Of a stretch of DNA of 64,000 nt, positions 1 to 9,612 are shown one piece after another. How positions within the stretch are numbered: position 1 is the first letter of the stretch; the number at the start of each line of letters is the position of its first letter. Under the pieces are notes generated by a model that was not told the origin of the DNA, did not search any database, and was given only the letters and a program-made list of their open reading frames with translations. The stretch lies in IMG/VR virus record IMGVR_UViG_3300046171_000252, positions 124,001-188,000 of that record. The stretch is one strand, 5' to 3'. Made by a program: the position numbers and the translations under genes.

Positions 1-71
1 GGTTGATACAGAAGTGTATCAACATGATACACTATACTCTATATAATTATGTAATCGATTAGGAGGTATTA

Positions 72-155
72 ATGAACTTCACCACCACTGCCTTAGCAGC
101 TGGAACTCTAATGACTATTTTTATTGGAGTTCCCATTACTACATTTGTTTCTTAG
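72..155 (+). CDS. 27-aa hydrophobic peptide (MNFTTTALAAGTLMTIFIGVPITTFVS)
   Basis: AGGAGG Shine-Dalgarno at 61-66, ATG..TAG; below ORF-track cutoff. Confidence 0.55.
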   Translation: MNFTTTALAAGTLMTIFIGVPITTFVS

Positions 156-158
156 CAC

Positions 159-233
159 ATGGAAATCTTAGCAACCTTTGTCATTTTTGGCGCAGTAATG
201 AGTGGAGCATTTGCACTCACCCCTAAAAAATAA
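159..233 (+). CDS. 24-aa hydrophobic peptide (MEILATFVIFGAVMSGAFALTPKK)
   Basis: ATG..TAA directly after the previous small ORF; single TM-like stretch. Confidence 0.45.
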   Translation: MEILATFVIFGAVMSGAFALTPKK

Positions 234-249
234 ATACTAAATAAAACTG

Positions 250-310
250 AATATCGTCGTCGCAGATGGAGGGGTAACTGGCAAAATCCAGTTAATGCCC
301 CTCTTTTTTT
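250..310 (+). ncRNA. candidate late small RNA ending in an intrinsic terminator
   Basis: TAAATA late-promoter cores at 231-236 and 238-243; GC-rich 5' tail TATCGTCGTCGCAG; hairpin GAGGGGTAACTGG/CCAGTTAATGCCCCTC followed by T7. Confidence 0.5.
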
Positions 311-341
311 GTATCTAAATATCAACGTTAGTGAGAGGAGT

Positions 342-656
342 ATGCTATCTACTCAGTATAGATTGAGATTAGAGTTCATCTGTAAATGTATTGCTAATGG
401 TGAGGAAGTAAAATTAGATGACATGATTTGGGCAGAGAAACTAGCAAAGAGTCATACTACTGCTAGAGATTGGTTGCAAAAAGCACGGAGACAATCTGCT
501 CAACAGATTGAAGAAGGTAGTGCAGATGATTTTCTGAATAGGATGGGATTAGGTGATCCCGACCCATCCAATCATAAAACGGGATTTACTGATGCTGATG
601 ATATTAAAGATTGGTTTCATACTGACAAACCTGATGATTGGAGGCAACGTGATTAA
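342..656 (+). CDS. hypothetical protein (cyanobacterial/cyanophage type)
   Basis: ORF; GAGGAG RBS before ATG 342. Confidence 0.75.
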   Translation: MLSTQYRLRLEFICKCIANGEEVKLDDMIWAEKLAKSHTTARDWLQKARRQSAQQIEEGSADDFLNRMGLGDPDPSNHKTGFTDADDIKDWFHTDKPDDWRQRD

Positions 657-961
657 TGGCAAGTGAATTTGATTACGTTGAAGCACCTACTGAAGGTGAA
701 GTTGATAGGTGGGGATTTACAATTAAACCTTCTATTAGTGATAATGAATTGATTATTATATGTTTAAAAAACGCCCCTTGTGGATCAGACAAGAAACAAG
801 TTGAACGATTGATAAAACATTATGAAGAATAAAGAATCAGATTATGTTTGTGTCACGACATGGAATGCCATGTTTGAATGTATGCGGTATCATTGGGTAC
901 ATAAATCTGAAAAGGATCCTGTGCAATTCGTAAAAAATCTCAACCCAGATGAGGTAATTCT

Positions 962-1255
962 TTGAAGAAACTATTCATAGTTAGTATTGGTGAGAATGAA
1001 TGTGTCACTCACGATGGTTATATTCAAATTGGTATCTTTAATCATTCTGTAGAAAAGCATCTAGAGTTAAATCCTACTATTGATTGGCAAGTAACTTATT
1101 GGATGCCAGATATCTGGGCAAATAGATATAAGAGAGTATCATTTCAACTTACTGAAAAGAAAAACGAAGGTTCACCTAGAACCGATAACGCAACAGACAG
1201 TCGTCCCAGAGATTTTCCAGATCAAGCGACTAATAGATTGGAAAGAACATTATGA
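962..1255 (+). CDS. hypothetical protein
   Basis: ORF with GAGGT RBS, within a run of small ORFs. Confidence 0.6.
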   Translation: MKKLFIVSIGENECVTHDGYIQIGIFNHSVEKHLELNPTIDWQVTYWMPDIWANRYKRVSFQLTEKKNEGSPRTDNATDSRPRDFPDQATNRLERTL

Positions 1256-1710
1256 AAATGTGGGAGACAAAATGCGTCGAGTGTGGTAAAATGGTTCCAG
1301 CGAATCAAGCACCTCAGATAGGGCACCAAGCACCTGATGGTAGTTGGACAAATTCGCTATGTAAACCTTGCTGGATAAAGAAGAACAATGGATAAAATTG
1401 ATACACAAGGCATGAGTCTTCCTGGTAAATCAAAAAAACCAAGTAGTTATGATCCTATGCCAGTAAAGAACCGTACAATCTTCACGCCAGAAGAACGTAT
1501 TGAGTTGAAGCAGATTATCAACGAAGCACTTGATGAGAGAGAAAAAAATGAAGCATTATAATAACTATTACGTCAAGTTTGACGATGATGAATTGCGACA
1601 GATCTTGAAAGAGATTAGTAACGAAGAAGTTAAAGTAAGAATAAGGAGTGCATTGGGAGAGACTGTTGATCCCATAGATAAGTTCCATGCAACTATCGCA
1701 TATTATAATA

Positions 1711-1992
1711 ATGAAGTTTAAAGCACTTGTATTTGTTCGTTTGAGGTCACAGGTTGATGACTCTCCTGGTAATGCTGTGAGAGATGCCTGTAAGCGATTG
1801 TCTGAGTTAGATATTAAAAAACTTAGATTGGGTAAAGTGATTGATGTTTGGTTGGAATCAGAGAGTAGAGAGTATGCTGAGAAGGAACTTGAAATGCTTT
1901 CTGATAGATTCCTTGCTAACACAGTTATGGAAGACTGGGACTATGAACTGACCGAGATTGAAAACTTTCCCAAAGGTATTGACAATGGATGA
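1711..1992 (+). CDS. purS: phosphoribosylformylglycinamidine synthase subunit PurS
   Basis: MKFKALVFVRLRSQVDDSPGNAV...RLGKVID...LANTVMEDW resembles PurS (DPxG, GK, LANxVxE); purC also in window. Confidence 0.85.
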   Translation: MKFKALVFVRLRSQVDDSPGNAVRDACKRLSELDIKKLRLGKVIDVWLESESREYAEKELEMLSDRFLANTVMEDWDYELTEIENFPKGIDNG

Positions 1993-2175
1993 TTTTAACG
2001 CACCAGGATCTAATAAGTCAGGACTCACTCCTGTATTCAAAGATTTTGTAGTTAATATGCAGATAGATAATGTAGTGAAGATCTTAGATGCTAAGATTGA
2101 ACGTTGTAATGTGTACAACAGTGATAATCGAGATGAAGTATACAAACAAATAACTATTACCTACAAAGAAAAACC

Positions 2176-2412
2176 ATGCAAGCAGTAATTTATTCTAACG
2201 GTAGTCAAGAATGTGAGCGTATAGCAGCACTCTTAAGAGCACTAGATGGGGAGTTTTTGGAATATAATCTCAATGAACACTTCACTCAAAGAGCATTTGA
2301 AGCAGAGTTTGGATCTGAAGCAACATATCCACAGGTCTCTATTGGTGCCAAGCATCTTGGTAATATGCACGATACACTTCATTATATGAGCGACAAAGGT
2401 ATGCTTGTTTAG
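2176..2412 (+). CDS. glutaredoxin-like protein (no CxxC)
   Basis: TYPQVSIGAKHLG resembles the glutaredoxin TxPQI..G motif; single Cys. Confidence 0.65.
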   Translation: MQAVIYSNGSQECERIAALLRALDGEFLEYNLNEHFTQRAFEAEFGSEATYPQVSIGAKHLGNMHDTLHYMSDKGMLV

Positions 2413-2413
2413 C

Positions 2414-2442
2414 TTGACAAACTTTTAGTTATCTTCTATAAT
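2414..2442 (+). promoter_or_regulatory. sigma70-type promoter
   Basis: TTGACA-17bp-TATAAT. Confidence 0.8.
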
Positions 2443-2617
2443 GAAAATCTGCATAAATCACAATGGCAAAGAAAAAATACACAAATAAATCTGGAGACAC
2501 TTTTGAGTGGGAGGAGACTGAAGAGATGCGTAAAGCAATAGAAAAATTGCATGAAGACATTCGCAGAAGGAAATTAAAAGAACAAGATGACAAACTAAAC
2601 TATGATACAGGAGGAAA

Positions 2618-2929
2618 ATGAGTATTAAACTTGTAATATTAAAATCCGGTGAATCCGTAATCACTGATGCAAAAGAACTTATTGTTGAAGATAAGGTATG
2701 TGGATATCTTTTTGGTAAACCTCATAAAATAGAATATCGCAAACCAATTCTTCTTTCTGAAGAAAAACAGGTTTCTGATGGAGAAGTTCAAGTTGCATTA
2801 TCTCCATGGATTTTATTGACATCTGAGGATCAAATTCCGGTTCCAACTGATTGGTTAGTTACCATGGTTGACCCCATACAATCAATCAAAGAAATGTATG
2901 TAGAAAGAGTAGGGGAAGAAGATGATTAA
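2618..2929 (+). CDS. conserved T4-like cyanophage protein upstream of gp43 (Sm-like fold suspected)
   Basis: MSIKLVILKSGESVI..., LSPWILL; GGAGG RBS; position. Confidence 0.7.
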   Translation: MSIKLVILKSGESVITDAKELIVEDKVCGYLFGKPHKIEYRKPILLSEEKQVSDGEVQVALSPWILLTSEDQIPVPTDWLVTMVDPIQSIKEMYVERVGEEDD

Positions 2930-3167
2930 ATGTTTAGTTCTTCAAAATGGTTTAATTCTTATTGCAAAAATTGAAGAAATTGATGCAGAAATTGGAGATC
3001 CAAATTGCAAAATCTCTGATGTTGCTTTAGTCAATTCTGATGATACAGTAAGTTCTTGGTTGACCTGTACGGAACAAAAGGATTTGTTGTTTAGATCTGA
3101 AGATATTTTAACAATCGTTGAACCAAAAAGTTCTATTATTAAAGCATACATGGAAATCTCTGAATGA
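2922..3167 (+). CDS. hypothetical protein, paralog-like to the upstream gene
   Basis: MIKCLVLQNG..; overlapping start/stop. Confidence 0.7.
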   Translation: MIKCLVLQNGLILIAKIEEIDAEIGDPNCKISDVALVNSDDTVSSWLTCTEQKDLLFRSEDILTIVEPKSSIIKAYMEISE

Positions 3168-3910
3168 GAGTCTTAAGCATTGATCTAGATTACATTATGG
3201 GTCCGGTCATTGAACTCTATAATGGTCTGATGTTTAATGAAAATCCAACAATAAGATGGGAACAATTTTTTAACAAAACTGATTTTAATGAAAGTCATTT
3301 TCGTATTGATCAGTCAAATCTATTGTTTTGTTATAATACTTTTTTAAAGGCACTTCGCAATTGCGATAGTGTCTCTTTTGGTTATGAGCATGATTCTATT
3401 CTATTCAGTATTGCCGAGCATGAAAATATTGATCTAATTAATATAGATCATCATGATGATGTTTTTGGTGGAGATTATACTGGAGAGATGCCTGATGAAT
3501 ACGCATATCAGGCAGAGTTTTATGAAATTATGGAACACAATAGAGTTCATGAAGGAAACTGGGGTGCCTGGTTAGGGGGGAAAGGAAAGTTAAATTCTTT
3601 TACCTGGATTGGTAATAAGAATAGTGGAAATAAAATACGTAATAAATTTAATGCTGAGGTAGTTCCCAACTATCAAAATGTAGAGAAAGAAGATTATAAG
3701 TTTGATAGTTATAATTTTGACCACATCTTTGTGTGTATGTCTCCGCAATATATTCCACCAAATCACTGGCACTACTTTGCCATGTTCATCAGTGCATTTG
3801 AGGAATTTTCTGGAAAGGATGCTATAATATACACAGAGAAGTTTGAGACCAACGTTCGTCACCAAAGGATTCATAATGAGATTTTACACCAACGTTCAAA
3901 TGGTCGGTGA
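3164..3910 (+). CDS. arginase/deacetylase-fold metallohydrolase (UPF0489-like)
   Basis: VLSIDLDY, LINIDHHDD, EGNW, CMSPQYIP motifs. Confidence 0.6.
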   Translation: MRVLSIDLDYIMGPVIELYNGLMFNENPTIRWEQFFNKTDFNESHFRIDQSNLLFCYNTFLKALRNCDSVSFGYEHDSILFSIAEHENIDLINIDHHDDVFGGDYTGEMPDEYAYQAEFYEIMEHNRVHEGNWGAWLGGKGKLNSFTWIGNKNSGNKIRNKFNAEVVPNYQNVEKEDYKFDSYNFDHIFVCMSPQYIPPNHWHYFAMFISAFEEFSGKDAIIYTEKFETNVRHQRIHNEILHQRSNGR

Positions 3911-6377
3911 CCACTTTCTGGTCCGTGGATATGAGAATGGAAGACACTTTGCTACGAGGGAAAAGTTTTACCCTACACTTTTTGTACCCTCCAATAAAAA
4001 GACAAAGTATAAAACTCTTGAGGGAGACTATGTTGAATCAATAGAACCTGGCACTGTTCGTGATTGTAGGGAGTTTATCAAGAAATATGATGGTGTAGAA
4101 AACTTCAAAATCTATGGAAATGAAAGATACATCTATCAGTATCTCTCTGAGATGTATCCTGAGGAAGAGATTAAATTTGACACTAGTAAAGTTAAAATTT
4201 CTACAATTGATATTGAGGTCAAATCTGAAAATGGATTCCCCGATGTAGAGTCTGCAGCAGAAGAAATTTTGCTTATTACGGTGCAAGATTATACTACTAA
4301 GCAAATTCGTACTTGGGGTCAGGGACCTTTCAATAACAAACAAGAGAATGTTATCTACAAAAGTTTCAGAACAGAATATGAGTTACTGAATGACTTTATA
4401 AACTGGTGGATGATTGAAACCAATACTCCTGAAGTTGTGACCGGATGGAATAGTGAACTTTATGATATGCCATATCTGGTTCGTCGTATTGATCGTATTC
4501 TTGGCGAAAAATTAATGAAACGACTTTCACCTTGGGGGTTGGTGACGGAACGTGAAACTATTATCATGGGTCGCAAACATATTTCTTATGATGTTGGTGG
4601 CGTCACTCAACTTGATTATTTAAATCTGTATAAGAAATTCACTTACAAGGCACAAGAATCTTATCGGTTGGATTATATTGCGAGTGTGGAACTTGGGCAG
4701 AAAAAACTTGATCACTCCGAGTTTGATACTTTTAAAGATTTCTATACAAAGGGGTGGCAGAAGTTTGTAGAATATAATATCATTGACGTGGAACTTGTTG
4801 ACCGAATGGAAGACAAGATGAAATTGATTGAACTTGCAATCACCATGGCATACGATGCTAAGGTGAATTATAATGATGTGTTCTATCAGGTTCGCATGTG
4901 GGATGCGATCATTTACAATTATCTTAAAAAGAGAAACATTGTAATTCCACCCAAAGAACGTTCAGACAAGGATGCAAAGTATGCGGGCGCGTATGTTAAA
5001 CAACCGGTTCCGGGAAAGTATGATTGGGTTGTGTCTTTTGACCTTAACTCTCTCTACCCTCACCTTATTATGCAATACAATATCTCTCCGGAAACACTCC
5101 GGGAGACTAGGCACCCATCAGTTACAGTTGATAAGATACTTAACGAAGAACTAACTTTTGAACTGTATAAGGACAGTGCAGTGTGTGCTAATGGTGCCAT
5201 GTATCGTAAAGATGTCCGTGGGTTCCTACCTGAACTGATGGAGAAGATTTATAAGGATCGCACCATCTACAAGAAGAAGATGCTTATTGCAAAACAAGAT
5301 TATGAAAAAACTCCAACTAAGGTATTGGAAAAAGAGATTGCGAGATGCAACAACATTCAGATGGCTCGCAAGATTCAACTCAACTCTGCATATGGTGCTA
5401 TTGGTAATCAATATTTCCGTTACTACAAACTGGCCAATGCGGAAGCGATTACGCTTTCTGGTCAAGTCTCTATCCGTTGGATTGAGAATAAGATGAACGG
5501 ATTTCTAAATAAGATTTTAAAAACCGAAGAAGTCGATTATGTCATTGCATCTGACACTGACTCAATCTATCTTAATATGGGACCTCTTGTTGATAAATTT
5601 CTTAGTCATAAGTCTGATGATAAAACAAAAGTTGTTGAGTTACTTGATAAGATCTGTGAAGACAAATTGGAACCATTCATCGAACGATCTTATAAGGAAC
5701 TTGCGGATTACGTTGCGGCATATGATCAAAAAATGATTATGAAGCGTGAGAATATTGCAGAACGCGGTATTTGGACTGCGAAGAAACGTTATATTCTCAA
5801 TGTATGGAACAGTGAAGGGGTTCAGTATTCTGAACCTAAACTGAAGATGATGGGTATTGAGGCAGTTAAATCATCCACTCCTGCACCCTGTAGAACGATG
5901 ATTAAGGATGGTCTCAAACTCATGATGAACGGAACTGAAGAGGAAGTAATTAACTTTATCGATAAGTGTCGTAATGACTTTAAGGCACTTCCTCCAGAAC
6001 AAATTGCGTTCCCTCGTTCAGTATCTGATGTCATTAAATACAAATCTCATTCTAGTATCTACACAAAAGGAACCCCAATTCATTGTCGCGGAGCACTTCT
6101 ATTCAATCATTATGTCAAAGAGAAGAAACTGACAAATAAATACTCTCTTATTACTAATGGCGAAAAAATCAAATTTGTTTATTTGAAGAAACCAAATATC
6201 ATTCATGAGAATGTCATCTCATTTATTCAAGACTTTCCTCATGAACTTGGTCTTGACAAATACATAGACTATGACCTACAATTTGAAAAGTCATTTGTCG
6301 AACCACTCAAAGCAATTCTTGATGCGATTGGATGGAATGTGGAGAAAACTGTAAACCTTGAACTATTTTTTGTATAA
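3876..6377 (+). CDS. gp43: family B DNA polymerase, T4 gp43
   Basis: DIEV exonuclease, SFDLNSLYP, KIQLNSAYG, SDTDS, KKRY motifs. Confidence 0.98.
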   Translation: MRFYTNVQMVGDHFLVRGYENGRHFATREKFYPTLFVPSNKKTKYKTLEGDYVESIEPGTVRDCREFIKKYDGVENFKIYGNERYIYQYLSEMYPEEEIKFDTSKVKISTIDIEVKSENGFPDVESAAEEILLITVQDYTTKQIRTWGQGPFNNKQENVIYKSFRTEYELLNDFINWWMIETNTPEVVTGWNSELYDMPYLVRRIDRILGEKLMKRLSPWGLVTERETIIMGRKHISYDVGGVTQLDYLNLYKKFTYKAQESYRLDYIASVELGQKKLDHSEFDTFKDFYTKGWQKFVEYNIIDVELVDRMEDKMKLIELAITMAYDAKVNYNDVFYQVRMWDAIIYNYLKKRNIVIPPKERSDKDAKYAGAYVKQPVPGKYDWVVSFDLNSLYPHLIMQYNISPETLRETRHPSVTVDKILNEELTFELYKDSAVCANGAMYRKDVRGFLPELMEKIYKDRTIYKKKMLIAKQDYEKTPTKVLEKEIARCNNIQMARKIQLNSAYGAIGNQYFRYYKLANAEAITLSGQVSIRWIENKMNGFLNKILKTEEVDYVIASDTDSIYLNMGPLVDKFLSHKSDDKTKVVELLDKICEDKLEPFIERSYKELADYVAAYDQKMIMKRENIAERGIWTAKKRYILNVWNSEGVQYSEPKLKMMGIEAVKSSTPAPCRTMIKDGLKLMMNGTEEEVINFIDKCRNDFKALPPEQIAFPRSVSDVIKYKSHSSIYTKGTPIHCRGALLFNHYVKEKKLTNKYSLITNGEKIKFVYLKKPNIIHENVISFIQDFPHELGLDKYIDYDLQFEKSFVEPLKAILDAIGWNVEKTVNLELFFV

Positions 6378-7384
6378 TGGATTTTTTAAACGAAATTGTA
6401 AAAGAGATTGGAGATGACTATACCAAACTGGCAAAAGACATCGACGACACAGAAACTTACGTGGACACAGGTTCGTACATCTTTAACGGACTCGTTTCAG
6501 GTAGTATATTTGGTGGCGTATCTGGGAATAAGATTACTGCCATTGCTGGCGAGTCTTCTACTGGCAAGACTTTCTTTTCTCTCGCTGTCGTCAAAAACTT
6601 TCTTGATTCTAATCCTGACGGATATTGCCTTTATTTTGACACCGAGGCAGCAGTTAATAAATCTCTTCTCGAAAGCAGAGGAATCGATCTTTCACGTCTG
6701 GTCGTGGTTAATGTAGTAACTGTTGAAGAGTTCCGTAGTAAGGCACTCAAGGCAGTGGATATGTACTTAAAAAAATCTGAAGATGAACGCAAACCCTGCA
6801 TGTTTGTGCTAGACTCTTTAGGAATGCTTTCCACAGAGAAGGAGATTACCGACGCACTCAACGAAAAGCAAGTTCGTGATATGACAAAATCACAACTGAT
6901 TAAAGGTGCGTTTAGGATGTTGACACTTAAACTGGGACAGGCTAAAATTCCTATGATCGTCACCAATCATACCTATGATGTTATCGGCTCTTATGTTCCT
7001 ACTAAAGAGATGGGAGGTGGTAGTGGTCTTAAGTATGCTGCCAGTACCATTATTCATCTCAGCAAGAAGAAAGAAAAGGATGGAACAGAAGTCATTGGAA
7101 ATCTTATCAAGGCAAAGACTGCTAAGTCACGTTTAAGTAAGGAGAATCAAATTGTTACGGTGCGTCTTTATTACGATGAGCGTGGTCTTGATCGATATTA
7201 TGGTCTTCTTGAACTCGGTGAAGCTGCTGGGATGTGGAAAAACGTTGCTGGTCGATATGAGATAGATGGTAAGAAAGTTTATGCCAAGGCAATTCTGAAA
7301 GACCCTGATACGTATTTTACCGAAGAAGTAATGCAGCAACTTGATGCTGCCGCGAAGAAGATTTTCTCCTATGGAACGAATTGA
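6377..7384 (+). CDS. uvsX: RecA-like recombinase UvsX
   Basis: AGESSTGKT Walker A, VLDSLGML, MGGGSGLKYAAS. Confidence 0.95.
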   Translation: MDFLNEIVKEIGDDYTKLAKDIDDTETYVDTGSYIFNGLVSGSIFGGVSGNKITAIAGESSTGKTFFSLAVVKNFLDSNPDGYCLYFDTEAAVNKSLLESRGIDLSRLVVVNVVTVEEFRSKALKAVDMYLKKSEDERKPCMFVLDSLGMLSTEKEITDALNEKQVRDMTKSQLIKGAFRMLTLKLGQAKIPMIVTNHTYDVIGSYVPTKEMGGGSGLKYAASTIIHLSKKKEKDGTEVIGNLIKAKTAKSRLSKENQIVTVRLYYDERGLDRYYGLLELGEAAGMWKNVAGRYEIDGKKVYAKAILKDPDTYFTEEVMQQLDAAAKKIFSYGTN

Positions 7385-8744
7385 GACTACAATTCTCAGA
7401 AACTTAATATGTAACGAAAATTATTCTCGCAAAGTCATTCCATTTATAGAACCAACATATTTTGAGCAAAGAGGTGAAAAAGTAATCTTTGAGGAGATTA
7501 CTCAGTTCATTGTGAAGTACGGTTCTGCCATCACAACAGAAGCACTAAATATTGAGGTTGAAAATCGGACAGATTTAAACGAGAGTGAGATTAAAGAAAC
7601 CAGAGACATCTGCAATTCGTTTACGGATCTTCCAGTAGATAATGAATGGTTAACGGATGCTACTGAAAAGTGGTGTCGTGATCGTGCGATTTATCTTGCA
7701 CTGATGGAATCTATTCACATTGCAGATGGAAATGACGAGAAGAAGAGTAGAGATGCAATTCCTTCCATTCTTTCTGATGCACTGGCAGTTTCTTTTGACA
7801 ACAACATTGGACACGATTACCTAGAAAATTATCAAGAAAGATATGAGTACTATCACAGGAAGGAGGAGAAGGTTTCGTTTGATCTCGAATACCTTAATAA
7901 GATTACGAGCGGGGGCATATCTAATAAGACTCTTACTATCGCGCTTGCTGGTACTGGCGTCGGGAAGTCTTTATTCATGTGCCATGTTGCTAGCTCCGTG
8001 TTGCTCCAAGGGAAAAACGTTCTCTACATTACAATGGAGATGGCAGAAGAGAAAATTGCTGAACGAATTGACGCAAACTTATTAGATGTTGCCATTCAGA
8101 ATATTGTAGATTTGCCTAAGTCAACGTTTGAGAATAAAGTCACTAAGTTGGCAGCAAAAACTCAGGGCACACTTATAATTAAAGAGTATCCAACTGCGAG
8201 CGCACACAGTGGACATTTTAAAGCACTTCTTAGTGAGCTTGCACTTAAGAAATCATTTAGACCTGATATTATTTTCATTGATTACCTTAATATATGTGCT
8301 TCCTCCCGTTATAAGTCGGGGATGTCTGTTAATTCATATAGCTATATTAAGTCTATTGCAGAGGAGCTTAGAGGGTTGGCTGGCGAAGCCGAGGTCCCTA
8401 TCGTATCTGCCACCCAGACCACTCGTAGCGGTTATGGTAGCTCTGACGTTGACCTTACTGACACTTCTGAGTCCTTTGGTCTCCCTGCTACTGCTGATCT
8501 TATGTTTGCCCTTATTAGCACTGAGGAACTTGAACTGATGGGACAGATAATGGTGAAGCAATTAAAGAACAGATACAATGATACTGTAGTCAATAAGAGA
8601 TTTGTGATTGGAATTGATCGTGCCAAGATGCGTCTTTATGATTGCGAACAATCAGCACAAGATAATATACTTGACTCCGGACAGGAAGAGGAGTATAATA
8701 ACGAGGATAGACCCAAGAAATCATTTGAGGGATTTAAGTTTTGA
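7371..8744 (+). CDS. gp41: DnaB-like replicative helicase, T4 gp41
   Basis: AGTGVGKSLFMC, IFIDYLNIC, SATQTTRSG, ESFGLPATAD, KQLKNRYND. Confidence 0.97.
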   Translation: MERIETTILRNLICNENYSRKVIPFIEPTYFEQRGEKVIFEEITQFIVKYGSAITTEALNIEVENRTDLNESEIKETRDICNSFTDLPVDNEWLTDATEKWCRDRAIYLALMESIHIADGNDEKKSRDAIPSILSDALAVSFDNNIGHDYLENYQERYEYYHRKEEKVSFDLEYLNKITSGGISNKTLTIALAGTGVGKSLFMCHVASSVLLQGKNVLYITMEMAEEKIAERIDANLLDVAIQNIVDLPKSTFENKVTKLAAKTQGTLIIKEYPTASAHSGHFKALLSELALKKSFRPDIIFIDYLNICASSRYKSGMSVNSYSYIKSIAEELRGLAGEAEVPIVSATQTTRSGYGSSDVDLTDTSESFGLPATADLMFALISTEELELMGQIMVKQLKNRYNDTVVNKRFVIGIDRAKMRLYDCEQSAQDNILDSGQEEEYNNEDRPKKSFEGFKF

Positions 8745-9034
8745 GAGGATACTATTCAGTCTTTGATCCTGATGGCAAGAAAATTGCTGATTGCGGTGCT
8801 ATCAAAGATGCCGTTAATCTTATTAGAACAAGAGGCGATGGGCATTACTATCAATTTAACCCAATCTATGAAACAGTTGACGTTCAACTCTTGGAAAGAC
8901 CAGAACTTCCTACTAGAGATATTACTATTGATGTGAATAGTAATTCTTATGAAGTAGAAGAACCTGAATACATTGAAGTTCAAGGACAAAAATTACAAAT
9001 ACAACAATCCGAACAACCCAAATTAGACTTATGA
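8741..9034 (+). CDS. hypothetical protein
   Basis: ORF overlapping both gp41 and mazG ends. Confidence 0.6.
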   Translation: MRGYYSVFDPDGKKIADCGAIKDAVNLIRTRGDGHYYQFNPIYETVDVQLLERPELPTRDITIDVNSNSYEVEEPEYIEVQGQKLQIQQSEQPKLDL

Positions 9035-9438
9035 GTAATGTAAACACTGATGCATATCTTGAGTTTGTGAATGCCGTCACATCTCAACCCAGTCAAGATG
9101 CCGATGCCTTTGAGTATCGTATTCAAGAACTTCGTGGAGAGGGATTTGAAACACACCGACTTCTTACTGCTGCTGTAGGAATGTCTGCCGAAGCAGGTGA
9201 GTTTACTGAAGTTGTAAAGAAGATTATCTTTCAAGGTAAACCAGTCAACGAAGAGAATCTGTTTCATCTTAAACGAGAACTTGGAGACATTATGTGGTAT
9301 GTTGCACAAGCATGTATGGGTCTCAATATTTCTCTTGATGATATCATTGAGATGAATGTTGATAAACTCAAATCACGATATCCTGGTGGTGAGTTTGATG
9401 TCCATTATTCTGAAAATCGTGTTGAGGGAGACCTATGA
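9031..9438 (+). CDS. mazG: MazG-like nucleotide pyrophosphohydrolase
   Basis: AEAGEFTEVVKK, ELGDIMWYVAQ, KLKSRYP. Confidence 0.92.
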   Translation: MSNVNTDAYLEFVNAVTSQPSQDADAFEYRIQELRGEGFETHRLLTAAVGMSAEAGEFTEVVKKIIFQGKPVNEENLFHLKRELGDIMWYVAQACMGLNISLDDIIEMNVDKLKSRYPGGEFDVHYSENRVEGDL

Positions 9439-9612
9439 GTCAAGATAAAAAAGTAACATTAGAACTATCTGTCTATCAGGCAGCAGCAGTTCGTCAGTCA
9501 TTATTTACTGATATAAAAGGATATACTTATGATCCTACATGTTGTCCGCAACGTGTGATTGATATTCGTCAAGCAATTGTAAGTATTGATGAACAAATTG
9601 AGGAAATTGTGA

